This document shows positions 27,342 to 37,299 of a stretch of DNA of 53,865 bases, piece after piece. Source of the DNA: a virus. Taxonomy: Duplodnaviria; Caudoviricetes. Position 1 is the stretch's first letter. Each line of letters opens with the position of its first letter. A program made the translations under genes and the position numbers. The stretch covers positions 1 through 53,865 of IMG/VR virus record IMGVR_UViG_3300032282_004842. One strand, given 5' to 3'. A model generated the notes under the pieces. That model ran no database searches and had not been told where the DNA came from. It saw only the letters and a list, made by a program, of their open reading frames with translations.

Positions 27342-28460
27342 ATGAGTGCAACTATTATTACAAATCCACAAAAACAAAAATTATATACTCAGGTTTTTCA
27401 TTTATTAGGATTACCCGTTAGAGGTATTGAATTAACTGAAGAACAGATGGACACATTTTTGGAATTGTCTTTATCTGAATATGAACAATATGTAAGTGAT
27501 TGGTTAATAGAATCACAATGGTCAGCATTAATAGGTATTGACGTGGATACTCAATCATTAACAAGAGCTTTTACAACTAGAAGTTTAGATTACGAAACAC
27601 AATACTCACATGCTTATTCAAAAATAGTTGGATTACAAACAGGTGGTAATAGTGAATTAAAAAAAGATTATATTGAATTATCCGCAAATACGCAAACTTA
27701 TGTAATTCCCGCCGGAAGAGAAATTAATGAACTTTTATGGTTCTCAAGGGCTGAGTTAACCGATTCAATTGTCGACCCATTTTTAGGTGGATTCGGTGGA
27801 TTGGGTGGTGTTGCATTTGGTGGTGTAGGTGGATTCGCTCAACAAGGTACATCTGGTTCATATTTTATGATGCCAGCTTTTGACCTTTTATTAAGAATGG
27901 GTGACAGAAATTTAAAGAATAGATTAATTGGTGGTGACTTAACATATAGAATTACAGCAGGACCAAACGGTACTAAGATAATTCACTTATCCAATGTACC
28001 GGGTGGTAAATATGATTTCGGTTCAATACAAAACAATAGAAGTAAAGTTTGGTATTGGTATTATGATACGATGGATAGAGATACGTGTTTAGATAAAAAT
28101 AAAGATATAATTAAATTACCATCAGATGTTCAAACCGAACAATTAGTTTGGGATGACTTAAATAAACCAGCACAAAATTGGGTTAGAAAATATCTTATTG
28201 CCTATTCTAAAGAAGGTTTAGGAAGAATATGGGGTAAGTTCTCAGGTGATTTACAAGTTCCGGATAGTCCAGTTAAATTGGATTATACTTCATTACTTAC
28301 TGAAGGTAAAGATGAAAAACTTAAATTAGTTGAGGAGTTAATGTTAAGATTAGAAAGACTCCGCCCCGATAAAGTTCTCGAAAGAAAAGGTATGGAGGCG
28401 GAGAATCTCAATAAAGCTTTAAAGTACAGACCGATGCAATCACCATATAACGTAATCTAA
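27342..28460 (+). CDS. Neck / head-tail adaptor protein (gp13-like)
   Basis: LG.PVRGIELTEEQ.D..L..SL..Y; WVRKY..A.SKE.LGRIWGKFSG...L...L.EG..E. Confidence 0.75.
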   Translation: MSATIITNPQKQKLYTQVFHLLGLPVRGIELTEEQMDTFLELSLSEYEQYVSDWLIESQWSALIGIDVDTQSLTRAFTTRSLDYETQYSHAYSKIVGLQTGGNSELKKDYIELSANTQTYVIPAGREINELLWFSRAELTDSIVDPFLGGFGGLGGVAFGGVGGFAQQGTSGSYFMMPAFDLLLRMGDRNLKNRLIGGDLTYRITAGPNGTKIIHLSNVPGGKYDFGSIQNNRSKVWYWYYDTMDRDTCLDKNKDIIKLPSDVQTEQLVWDDLNKPAQNWVRKYLIAYSKEGLGRIWGKFSGDLQVPDSPVKLDYTSLLTEGKDEKLKLVEELMLRLERLRPDKVLERKGMEAENLNKALKYRPMQSPYNVI

Positions 28461-30443
28461 TTATATATCAATGGCGTGGTAAGCATAATCAACACCATCG
28501 GTTTTGATTATTTCATCCTCATTACTGATTGTACTTTTTTCTTGTGATAATAAAACTTTGCGGTTGTAATCAACCCAATTTTTATCCACCAATTTAATAC
28601 TATCATCAACATACATAAAGAATGGGTCTCGTTTAATTTTATTCCAAAATATAACTTCACTATCTGATAGTGTCATTACCTCATCATACTTATCTTGACC
28701 ATCCTCACTTATTGGAAATCCGTTAACTAATTCACATTGTTTACTTGTGAAGTATTGTCTATCTTCTGGTTTTTCAACTAAGATATCATTACGAATTTCA
28801 GGACTAAAAACCACTAATAAAGGTTCAATACGTTTGTTAAAGTTACTCAAATATCTCGGTACGTTATAATCTCCCGTCATATCGGGGTTTTCATTTAGTT
28901 CCTTTTCAGAAATCATATAACAGTTAATCTCAAGATAATTGTTTGGCATTGATTTACCGTGTGTATTATAATATTCCTCTTGTTGTTTTTTTGTTGGTTT
29001 ACTTATTTTCTGAACATCCCCTGAAGACTTCTTAGTACCATTATTAATGTAATAAATTGTTTCACCAAGACCCGCATTATAGTTATTCTGTAAAATCAAT
29101 TCCATATGGGCTTGTCTTGACATTAATGACCCAGCTTTCGTTACCTTCTGTATGTGTTTCTTATAATCCTCAACAGATTGTTTAACACGAGATTTGTTTG
29201 CTATTTTTGATAATGGAATCTGTTTATTATAAATCTTTTCTACATATTGGAAATACAATTCAACAAATGATATACCATCACCATTTAATAGGTATTTAAA
29301 TCCTTCATCCAAGAATTCAACAATGTATTGTTGTAATTTTTTAGACTTAATGGTATTACCCGTTAATTTGATTTTTTCTTTTCCTTTCTTCATCAATTTA
29401 ATGATGTAGTTTTTTCTTGATACATTAATACATGATGGAGCGATATAGTCGATATCAAGACCCATTTCATTTCTCATGAAGATGTCATTAAATTCTGCGG
29501 TGTCCGCTTCAATTCCTTTATATTCTTTACCTTCAATAACTAACTCGTTATACCCTTTACCAACATAAACTGTATCATTTATATTCTCAGGAGTCTCAAA
29601 GTTTACACCGTCCGTATCCATTACAAGTGGTTTATAACCTTTCTTTTCAAAGAACATAATCATCATACGAAGACATTGACGACCAATACATGTAATTGTT
29701 TCACCCGAATCCATCTCACCCCACGGAAATACATGTGGTGCGGACAATGAACCAAAATAAGCATTGATAAAGATTTTAATTGGTAATTGTTTACGGTCGT
29801 ACATTTCCGACTGAACCGGGTCACTATCTTTTAGTTCTCCGGCCAAATGTTTATATTTTATACGAATGTTACGGAAATACTTCAACATCGATTTCTGTAC
29901 ACCCATGATATCACAATCAGGGAAAATATCATATACTAATTGTATTGATGGATAAAGTGAAGAATAGTCAAACTTAACAATGTTCTTAGCATAACCCACA
30001 GTTAATAAACGAGATAAACCACCTGTGAATGGTCGTTTAGAATCTTTCGCGGGAACAGCTAAATTATTTTCATATGACCAAGCTAACATGATAATTTTCC
30101 ATAAAGTGGCGGTACCCATTGTTGCAATTCTCTCATATGTTGTTGGTACAAGTTTTGAAATCAAAAATGTTGACTGACTAAAAGAATCATCAACCACCAT
30201 AGTTTCATACAAGTCATCATCAAGATATTGTTCAACAATTCTACTACCTGACCATATTTCAAATTTACCCGGATATTTCTCCAATAAATTATCAGTTCCA
30301 GGTTCACCAATTTTCTTGTAGTTACCCGTTTTTGGATTTACATAATATAATTCATTATCCAAATATATTTTTGAAATCCATGCACCGTCCACATAAACAC
30401 GATTAGGTTTTTCTTTTTCTAAGTACTTGGTGATGTATTTCAA
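28461..30443 (-). CDS. polB: Family B DNA polymerase, ExoIII plus polymerase domain (in frame with 30516-31358 across one TGA)
   Basis: Motif A FDYSSLYPS, motif B KIFINAYFG, motif C MDTDG, ExoIII-like YLDDDL. Confidence 0.93.
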   Translation of the reverse strand: MKYITKYLEKEKPNRVYVDGAWISKIYLDNELYYVNPKTGNYKKIGEPGTDNLLEKYPGKFEIWSGSRIVEQYLDDDLYETMVVDDSFSQSTFLISKLVPTTYERIATMGTATLWKIIMLAWSYENNLAVPAKDSKRPFTGGLSRLLTVGYAKNIVKFDYSSLYPSIQLVYDIFPDCDIMGVQKSMLKYFRNIRIKYKHLAGELKDSDPVQSEMYDRKQLPIKIFINAYFGSLSAPHVFPWGEMDSGETITCIGRQCLRMMIMFFEKKGYKPLVMDTDGVNFETPENINDTVYVGKGYNELVIEGKEYKGIEADTAEFNDIFMRNEMGLDIDYIAPSCINVSRKNYIIKLMKKGKEKIKLTGNTIKSKKLQQYIVEFLDEGFKYLLNGDGISFVELYFQYVEKIYNKQIPLSKIANKSRVKQSVEDYKKHIQKVTKAGSLMSRQAHMELILQNNYNAGLGETIYYINNGTKKSSGDVQKISKPTKKQQEEYYNTHGKSMPNNYLEINCYMISEKELNENPDMTGDYNVPRYLSNFNKRIEPLLVVFSPEIRNDILVEKPEDRQYFTSKQCELVNGFPISEDGQDKYDEVMTLSDSEVIFWNKIKRDPFFMYVDDSIKLVDKNWVDYNRKVLLSQEKSTISNEDEIIKTDGVDYAYHAIDI

Positions 30444-30515
30444 ACCCCAAGATTTTATTTCAGAATTGATTGCTTGGGCTCTACGAACAGAATGTGCGAT
30501 ATCAATAATATTGAA

Positions 30516-31358
30516 TCACCATATATTATGTTGAATGTATTCTTCTTGCTCGTTTGCAAGTTTCAACATACCCTTCTTCTCTCTAATTCCTTGTTTTGTA
30601 AATATTTGAGTTAATTCCTTAATATTAACTCCCAATATTTCTGCTCGTTTTAAAATAAACGGCCAATCAAAAAATGCTGAGTTATAACCACCAATAATTG
30701 TTGGTTTCTTTTCTTTTATTATGTTGAAGAATTCCTCGATACATTTCTTTTCACCGTCCTCACCAAATGCGGGGATTGTCTTTTCCAAACCACGGTTATC
30801 CTTAACACCAATCAATATAATATTACAGGTTAAAGGGTCTAAACCCGTGGTCTCGATATCAAAAACAAATCTATTTACACCAGAATAATCTTCAATACCT
30901 TTAAAAAGTCTTTTCTTTTTCTGTATAAGGTACTGTTCAACAGGGTTTAGTATTGTAAAAGATGATTTAAATTTATCACCCCATGGGTCAATTCCACCCT
31001 CTTTAAAAAAATTGATTAATTCAGTATACCCTTTTAAACTTTTAACCAAAAAAGTTTGTCCATTTTCTAATCGAGTATTCCCTTCCGTTCTTAATTTTTC
31101 AATCAAGATACCATATTCACCCATTTTTTTCTTTTGAAGTGTTTTGTTTCCTTGATAAAAATTAAATTCAGATAAGTCACCAACCCATAAAAATGGTGTG
31201 AAGGTGTCAGGTTTAACGATTTTACCCCTTTCCGGGTCTTGGATAACTTTGTAGATTTTGTTGGTTCGGTAATCATACTCAACCCCTACTATGTATTCTT
31301 CAGGGTCCCAACCATTTAAGAAGTTTTCAATAACTTCTTGCGAAATAATTTCTTTCAT
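30516..31358 (-). CDS. polB: Family B DNA polymerase, N-terminal and ExoI/ExoII part
   Basis: FDIETTG (ExoI) and GYNSAFFDWPFI (ExoII); ends at a TGA that continues in frame into the downstream part. Confidence 0.9.
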   Translation of the reverse strand: MKEIISQEVIENFLNGWDPEEYIVGVEYDYRTNKIYKVIQDPERGKIVKPDTFTPFLWVGDLSEFNFYQGNKTLQKKKMGEYGILIEKLRTEGNTRLENGQTFLVKSLKGYTELINFFKEGGIDPWGDKFKSSFTILNPVEQYLIQKKKRLFKGIEDYSGVNRFVFDIETTGLDPLTCNIILIGVKDNRGLEKTIPAFGEDGEKKCIEEFFNIIKEKKPTIIGGYNSAFFDWPFILKRAEILGVNIKELTQIFTKQGIREKKGMLKLANEQEEYIQHNIW

Positions 31359-31387
31359 TATGTATATTTTTTAAGTGACACATTATC

Positions 31388-31404
31388 TTACGGAACATCC
31401 GTAA
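31388..31404 (-). promoter_or_regulatory. Hairpin in polB 5' leader (candidate translational operator)
   Basis: TTACGGA-tgt-TCCGTAA about 30 nt upstream of the ATG. Confidence 0.45.
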
Positions 31405-31414
31405 TTAGTCTTGT

Positions 31415-31447
31415 CAAAAATATACAGAAAAAAATTTGATTATCAAA
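31415..31447 (-). promoter_or_regulatory. Bacteroidota-type housekeeping promoter upstream of polB
   Basis: TTTG-N21-TATTTTTG matches the -33/-7 consensus TTTG...TAnnTTTG. Confidence 0.55.
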
Positions 31448-31811
31448 ATATGGTGATAAATAATTTTTCCTTAACGGGTAAAATCAATTTTGTTGTTGGA
31501 TTTAGATTGGTATCTAAGAACTGAACGGTTACCTTTCCCTCGTATTTTCCTATGTTTGCGGTTTGAGATTCAGTAAATCTATGAACAATATAATATTCAT
31601 CAGTTGTTTGGTCGTATTTCTTATCTCTTGTTGTGATTTGACATCCTGAATTTAAAATTTCATATTCACCATTTTCAATATTAAACATTTCAAATGTAAT
31701 ATCACAATTTTCAAGTGCATCGTTAAATCCAGACTTATCGTTTTTACCGTCGTCTATTAATCTTAATTTTAAGATTGGTTCTGATGCTCCTTGTCTAATA
31801 AAAAATTCCAT
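31443..31811 (-). CDS. Small Ig-like/BppU-N-like structural protein
   Basis: FFIRQGASEPILKLRL...Y.F...T...GKYEGKVTV..LILP. Confidence 0.5.
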   Translation of the reverse strand: MEFFIRQGASEPILKLRLIDDGKNDKSGFNDALENCDITFEMFNIENGEYEILNSGCQITTRDKKYDQTTDEYYIVHRFTESQTANIGKYEGKVTVQFLDTNLNPTTKLILPVKEKLFITIF

Positions 31812-31824
31812 ATTCTATAAATAG

Positions 31825-32385
31825 TTAGATTTGTACAAGTGTAACTATAACCGATGGGATTGCGGGTATACTATTTGATGGTGTGGCAAAAACAATTATA
31901 TTTGGACTCGTTACTTGAAACGTTAATTCTAAATATTCATTTGATAATAATGTTATCACAAAATTCCAAGAAGCGACCAATAAAACACCATTATTGGCTA
32001 AGGTTATTTTTGTGTTGGAAGATGGAACATCCGCTCCATTTTTTCTCAACCATATATACATATCTTCAGAAGAACCTCCCTGTGTTTTTTGTACTTGAGC
32101 GGAAAATTGTAAATTATATGTTGCACCACTTGAAACGGTAAACTTAGTTCCATCATTGACTGTTATACCATTATTTTCTGAAATTGTTGAAGCACTTAAA
32201 ACATATGTGGTATTTGCGGTAAATCCCGACTGTGTAGTTGTATGGTAAAAAGAACCGTAAAACTTACCTGTGGCCATATTACCTCTCTTAATTTTATACG
32301 TTACCCCACCTTGTGAAACTGGTAATTCAGAATTTGAGGTTAATCCTGTTAATTCTGGTAATTGTGATATTGGTAAACTAGCCAT
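31825..32385 (-). CDS. Fibre-tip-like protein with C1q/BclA-like beta-sandwich
   Basis: ISQLPE..N-terminal anchor; YGSFY.TTTQ, G.YNLQFSAQ, IWLRKNG.DV, YLEL. Confidence 0.6.
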   Translation of the reverse strand: MASLPISQLPELTGLTSNSELPVSQGGVTYKIKRGNMATGKFYGSFYHTTTQSGFTANTTYVLSASTISENNGITVNDGTKFTVSSGATYNLQFSAQVQKTQGGSSEDMYIWLRKNGADVPSSNTKITLANNGVLLVASWNFVITLLSNEYLELTFQVTSPNIIVFATPSNSIPAIPSVIVTLVQI

Positions 32386-32415
32386 ATTGTATAAATATTG
32401 TTCTTTTTATTTTAA

Positions 32416-34395
32416 TTAAAATCCATTTGTTGATGGATTATAAAAAACTAAACCTGTCACATTTGTTGTTTTTGTTATGGTCGGTGTTGAGTAGTTAAAT
32501 GTCATAACATCACCACCACCAATCTCACCAAATTGTATTCTTATTGGGTAATAAGTTCCGGCGGTTAATGAAAATGTACCTGATACTTCCTGAGTTCCAT
32601 GTGCTCCACCATTGTTTATATTGGCATTAGCGGTGGTAAAACCTGATAATGCATTTGCACCAATCCAAAGATAAGAACCATCATCACTCGATAAGTAGAA
32701 TGTATATGTTTCTGTTGTTGTCGATTTGAAATATCCTAACCATTGACAACTAAAATTAGACCCATCATCAGTTCCAGGTTCAGTTATTGTTGTTGTTTGA
32801 ACCGAGGTTGCGGGATTCGCACCAAAAGTTGTTGGAGTTGCAGTTGCGAAAAACGCCGGATTTTCGTTATGGTATCCAGAATACGTTGTTTTATATAAAC
32901 CAGCACTAAATGTGTTTGTTGGTGTTACTGTTGGTGTTGGAGTTGGAGTTGGAGGTATCGACGTTGAGGTATATGAACCATTTCCTGTAAATGTAAGGAT
33001 TGTGTAAATACCGTTTGTTGTAACTGTCGGTGAACCTGAATATGTACCAAGTTGGTTTGTTGGTATGGATAAAATAACAACACCATTAGAACCATTACCT
33101 CCATTACCGCTATTTGTGGCACCACCTCCACCACCAGAACCATATCCTGTTGCGTTGGCGCCCGCACCACTTGTAGTGTTTCCACCATTACCTCCACCAC
33201 CGGTACCGCCAGATGCTAAAGTCGAACCATTAGCCCCACCTCCACCACCACCGCCGGCATAAACTACCGCCGAACCTGTGATGTTGAATGTCGTACCGTT
33301 ACCACCATTTCCACCTGCATCGGGAAATGAACCATTTGTACCTACCTGAGATGAACCACCTCCACCACCTGCACCGTTACTATCGGCAGTTACACTACCT
33401 CCGTTAAATCCATTAGTTCCCGTTCCACCTGTTGACCTTGAAGTTCCACCTCCTCCACCACCACCGCCTGATGCTCCGTTAGAACCATTAGTTGCAGTTG
33501 ATGGTGTTGTGTTGTAACCCCCACCGCCACCACCTATTGCAGTTACAGATAAACTTGTCCCACTAAATGTCGTTGTACCACCATTGGTTCCTTGACCTGT
33601 ACCTGTTGAACCTGTACCACCATTTGCTATTATAACATTGTATGTAACATTTTTAGATAAATTGGTTGAACCTGTGACAACTTGTCCGGCACCACCACCA
33701 CCTCCCCAGTTACCACCACCACCTCCACCACCACCTACAACTAAGTACGTGATTGGGGTTAATAATGGAGTCGATGTCGGTGTTGGGGTAAGAGTATTAG
33801 TTGGTGTTAATGTTGGAGTAGGCGTTAACGAACTTGTTGGGGTAAGTGTATTGGTTGGGGTAAGTGTCAGAGTAGGGGTTCTTGTTGGGGTTAAAGTATT
33901 GGTTGGGGTAATAGTGTTAGTAGGGGTGAGAGTAGGTGTGAGGGTTCTTGTTGGGGTAAGAGTATTAGTTGGTGTTAATGTTGGAGTAGGCGTTAACGAA
34001 CTTGTTGGGGTTAAAGTATTGGTTGGGGTAATAGTGTTAGTAGGGGTGAGAGTAGGTGTGAGGGTTCTTGTTGGCGTAATGGTATTGGTTGGAGTAAGAG
34101 TATTTGTTGGTGTTGGACTAACAGCGGACTCAATTAATATTTTGGAATAATTTTCTTGTAAAATTGGGTCTAAGTTTTCCTGTAAAAGAACAGAACTAGA
34201 GTCTTCAATATATAATGTACATGTTTTGTTATAAAACGAAAAATATAACTCATAAGTACCATAAAAATAGTCAGTACTATAATAATAAGGGATAACGACA
34301 GAGCCAAGGCTAATCGTACCGCCTGTGTCAGGATAGTAAGTGATGTCTGCAGTCTGTCCACTATAGTTGTTTGACGTTAATATTATGGTTGTCAT
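32416..34395 (-). CDS. Fibre/adhesin-like protein: Thr-Pro stalk, glycine-rich domain, C-terminal PA14 domain
   Basis: TPT repeats; [11 protein letters not shown]...GSNGVVIL; WLGYF...[16 protein letters not shown]...[20 protein letters not shown] (PA14). Confidence 0.8.
   Translation of the reverse strand: MTTIILTSNNYSGQTADITYYPDTGGTISLGSVVIPYYYSTDYFYGTYELYFSFYNKTCTLYIEDSSSVLLQENLDPILQENYSKILIESAVSPTPTNTLTPTNTITPTRTLTPTLTPTNTITPTNTLTPTSSLTPTPTLTPTNTLTPTRTLTPTLTPTNTITPTNTLTPTRTPTLTLTPTNTLTPTSSLTPTPTLTPTNTLTPTPTSTPLLTPITYLVVGGGGGGGGNWGGGGGAGQVVTGSTNLSKNVTYNVIIANGGTGSTGTGQGTNGGTTTFSGTSLSVTAIGGGGGGYNTTPSTATNGSNGASGGGGGGGGTSRSTGGTGTNGFNGGSVTADSNGAGGGGGSSQVGTNGSFPDAGGNGGNGTTFNITGSAVVYAGGGGGGGANGSTLASGGTGGGGNGGNTTSGAGANATGYGSGGGGGATNSGNGGNGSNGVVILSIPTNQLGTYSGSPTVTTNGIYTILTFTGNGSYTSTSIPPTPTPTPTVTPTNTFSAGLYKTTYSGYHNENPAFFATATPTTFGANPATSVQTTTITEPGTDDGSNFSCQWLGYFKSTTTETYTFYLSSDDGSYLWIGANALSGFTTANANINNGGAHGTQEVSGTFSLTAGTYYPIRIQFGEIGGGDVMTFNYSTPTITKTTNVTGLVFYNPSTNGF
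33770..34120 (-). repeat. Coding Thr-Pro tandem repeat
   Basis: Includes a near-exact duplicated block ttggggttaaagtattggttggggtaatagtgttagtaggggtgagagtaggtgtgagggttcttgttgg. Confidence 0.85.
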
Positions 34396-34502
34396 TATTG
34401 ATTATTCGACTCTTTAAAGATAAATAGTTAAAATACATGAATTAGTAAACGGTATATAAAAAGAAGATATAATTAAAGTTTTGTATAACTTGGAGTTATT
34501 GT

Positions 34503-35999
34503 TTACGAAGTACTTGGGGTTGGGGTTGGTGTGATAGTTCTTGTTGGGGTTGGTGTAATGGTTCTTGTTGGTGTAGGAGTAGGTGTGATAGTTCTTGTTG
34601 GTGTAGGAGTTGGAGTAACATTAATAATTCCCACAACAGAATCAACACAGTTCACATTACATTCAACAATATTAAAGTTTGGTTTTATTTCGGATAGATA
34701 ATGGTGTCTAACATGTACAAAATCTAAAGGTTGTTCATAAAATTGAATTTGTTTAAAATTAAAACATGATGTACCCATATTATGTACACCACCGGCATAT
34801 TGAGTACCTGAACCCCAAGATTGTATAAAAGGTTGTTCACCCCTATCAGATGGAATAACTTCTTCCCAATCTTTTAATTTATATATCGGTCTACCGTTTA
34901 GATAAATTTTTAAAATACCTAATCTTCTTTCTTTTTCATCAGCCCATTTTTTATTTAACTCCTCAACCTCAGTATATATTGTTGTTTGTGTTGATGTTAC
35001 GGAACTACCAGATTCTGGTACATATGGAATAACCTTTACTCCGGGAATTAAATCATTCCAACCCCCATCATTCTCAAGATTACAATCGGTATATCTACTG
35101 TATCTATCAAATGTTATTGTAATATTAAAATCATCACTTGTTCCATTATTACATAATGGTAGTGTTTGTCCCGATGCAATATAATATGATTCTGTATATC
35201 CCGATAAGGTATTACATATACCCGAATAATGAATTGATGTCCATTTAAGTCTACCATCATCTGTAAATGAGAAAGATAAATTATTATCGGCGTAATCTTC
35301 TATATCAGATTCATTTCTAACCCCAAGATAGTATATGACATTACCGTCAGACCATGGAAGAGAATCTTTATTTAAAACAAAATCAATTGTCCATCCTTTT
35401 TCTGTTCTTCTTTTAACTGAATAATCACAATTATTAACACCAGCACCATGGTTAATTTGGTACGCCCATGGTTTTGCTGATGGAATTGGGTCTCTTGGAC
35501 AACAAATGGTTGTCGTTATCCCTGTTCCTGAAAATTGTAAAGTACAATCAACGGTAGAACCCGTTGTAAATCCTGTAACATTTAAAGAAAACGGATTTGA
35601 AAGTGTATTATTATACCCATTTTCAATAAAATAATGGGTTTCCCCACTACTATTAATAAATTCGTAAACATCATTTTTTAAAATAGTATCAGAATTACTT
35701 AATCGGTTGGTAAAACCACTATATGATAGTGTCCATGTGTATGCTGAATATGGATATGTTGGGTTATTAACCGTATTATTGAATTCAGATAAAGATATTG
35801 TATTTCTTACACAATCCGCATTTGTTAGTCCTGTGGTGTTTACACTTAAACCGGAATAGTTAATTGCGGTGTTAATATTTAACACATCAGAATTGTAATC
35901 TGATTCTGTTTTGGATATCTCATAATCATGATATTCTGAAGAATCAATCTTCAAATCCATGTACGTACCCCAAAATTTTAATATATTTTGACTATTCAT
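34503..35999 (-). CDS. Structural protein with LamG/concanavalin-like fold and Thr-Pro tail
   Basis: GWTIDF, LSFSFTDDGRL, LKIYLNG, QIQFYEQPL; C-terminal TPTPTRTI repeats. Confidence 0.55.
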   Translation of the reverse strand: MNSQNILKFWGTYMDLKIDSSEYHDYEISKTESDYNSDVLNINTAINYSGLSVNTTGLTNADCVRNTISLSEFNNTVNNPTYPYSAYTWTLSYSGFTNRLSNSDTILKNDVYEFINSSGETHYFIENGYNNTLSNPFSLNVTGFTTGSTVDCTLQFSGTGITTTICCPRDPIPSAKPWAYQINHGAGVNNCDYSVKRRTEKGWTIDFVLNKDSLPWSDGNVIYYLGVRNESDIEDYADNNLSFSFTDDGRLKWTSIHYSGICNTLSGYTESYYIASGQTLPLCNNGTSDDFNITITFDRYSRYTDCNLENDGGWNDLIPGVKVIPYVPESGSSVTSTQTTIYTEVEELNKKWADEKERRLGILKIYLNGRPIYKLKDWEEVIPSDRGEQPFIQSWGSGTQYAGGVHNMGTSCFNFKQIQFYEQPLDFVHVRHHYLSEIKPNFNIVECNVNCVDSVVGIINVTPTPTPTRTITPTPTPTRTITPTPTRTITPTPTPSTS

Positions 36000-36006
36000 A
36001 TTCTAT

Positions 36007-36039
36007 TATAAATATCTTTCGTTTCTTTTGATATTTATA
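36007..36039. promoter_or_regulatory. Back-to-back pair of putative late promoters (perfect 10-bp inverted repeat)
   Basis: TATAAATATC-N13-GATATTTATA between divergent genes starting at 35999 (-) and 36056 (+). Confidence 0.7.
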
Positions 36040-36055
36040 TAATAAACTTGTTATA

Positions 36056-36808
36056 ATGGATAAATACATAAAAAACATAATTGAAGAGACTTTTAAGTCT
36101 AAAAAACAACAAAGATTATTTTTTGCTAAAGCGAATGATAAGTCTTTATCCAAAAAAGAAAGATTAAAGTGGGGAAATATGGCTAAGGAATTTTCTGACG
36201 ACACCAATTATAAAAAATTACCTGATGAAGTTAAAAAAGAAGTTGATGAAATTGTGGATGCAAAAGGTAATTTTGGTATGAGTAAAATACCAAAAACAAG
36301 AGAATCGAGTGGTACGAGTAAAAAAACGACCGACCAAATTGTAAAAACAGCATACGGAACTATGGGTAGTACCGCGGCTCGTGGTGCTGTCACATCTTTA
36401 AGATATTGGGCGGAATCTGATATGAGTAAAACTCTTGGATACGAAAAAACATTAGGTCAAGATGTAGACAAGGATGATGCGGAAGATTACTTTAAAGATG
36501 AATTAGGTATAAAAGAGCCAGAAGCGGATGAAAGATTAAGTCAAATGGGCTACGATGATAATTTAAAAGGTGATAAAGTTAGATTAATTGAGAACCCCAA
36601 AAAATATGTTCAAGATTATGTCGAAAGTGTACTTTCAAAAAAATCAAAATCATCTGATTTAGTTAATAAAGAGGTTGATGAGGATATTGAGAAAGATATT
36701 GAACCAATTATTAAAAAACAAATTTTAGCATTAAAAAATACATTAACCAAAAATAACGTATCTGTAAAAGATGTAATTAAAATTTTGAATAAAAAAGATA
36801 ATGAATAA
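36056..36808 (+). CDS. Hypothetical charged protein
   Basis: 250-aa ORF; IIEETFKSKKQQRLFFA N-terminus. Confidence 0.65.
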   Translation: MDKYIKNIIEETFKSKKQQRLFFAKANDKSLSKKERLKWGNMAKEFSDDTNYKKLPDEVKKEVDEIVDAKGNFGMSKIPKTRESSGTSKKTTDQIVKTAYGTMGSTAARGAVTSLRYWAESDMSKTLGYEKTLGQDVDKDDAEDYFKDELGIKEPEADERLSQMGYDDNLKGDKVRLIENPKKYVQDYVESVLSKKSKSSDLVNKEVDEDIEKDIEPIIKKQILALKNTLTKNNVSVKDVIKILNKKDNE

Positions 36809-37298
36809 AGATTTAAAAGGTAGAATTTTTAATGTTCCACAGGATATTCTGGATAAAATAAACCATACCATTGTTAGTTTAAATGGTCAAAATGTGCGTG
36901 GGATACAAAGAGCAAAAAAAATTTTACAAGATAAATCAGTAAAATACGGTCAATTAAAGAGAATAATCCACGACATTCAAAACATAGATAAAGTAAAAGA
37001 TAGATTAAAATATGATTTATGTGGTGGTGATTTAATGGAAAGATGGGCTAATCAACATTTACAAGGTGAAAGAGATTTAATTAGTAATCGTAAAGATTCT
37101 AAGAAAAATGCGGATGAAATGTCAAGTATGACGGGTGAAAGAAAAAATAGTCACCTAAAAAAACACACAAAAAAATTCAGTTTTAAAATACCGACTAATC
37201 TTATTAAAAGTAATTCACATAAAAGCTCAATATCTCCAATTACATCACTTGGTTTATTTGAAGAGGTCGATAAAATAAAAAAATTAATTAAATACTAA
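36801..37298 (+). CDS. Hypothetical basic protein
   Basis: 165-aa ORF overlapping the previous gene; C-terminal LFEEVDKIKKLI tag. Confidence 0.65.
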   Translation: MNKDLKGRIFNVPQDILDKINHTIVSLNGQNVRGIQRAKKILQDKSVKYGQLKRIIHDIQNIDKVKDRLKYDLCGGDLMERWANQHLQGERDLISNRKDSKKNADEMSSMTGERKNSHLKKHTKKFSFKIPTNLIKSNSHKSSISPITSLGLFEEVDKIKKLIKY

Positions 37299-37299
37299 G

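Noticed and set aside
30444-30515. Intron or mobile insertion between the two polB ORFs
   Set aside because: The 72 nt translate in frame as plausible exonuclease sequence; there is no extra sequence to splice out
31825-35999. Diversity-generating retroelement targeting the fibre genes
   Set aside because: No reverse transcriptase and no adenine-specific template/variable repeat pair seen in this window
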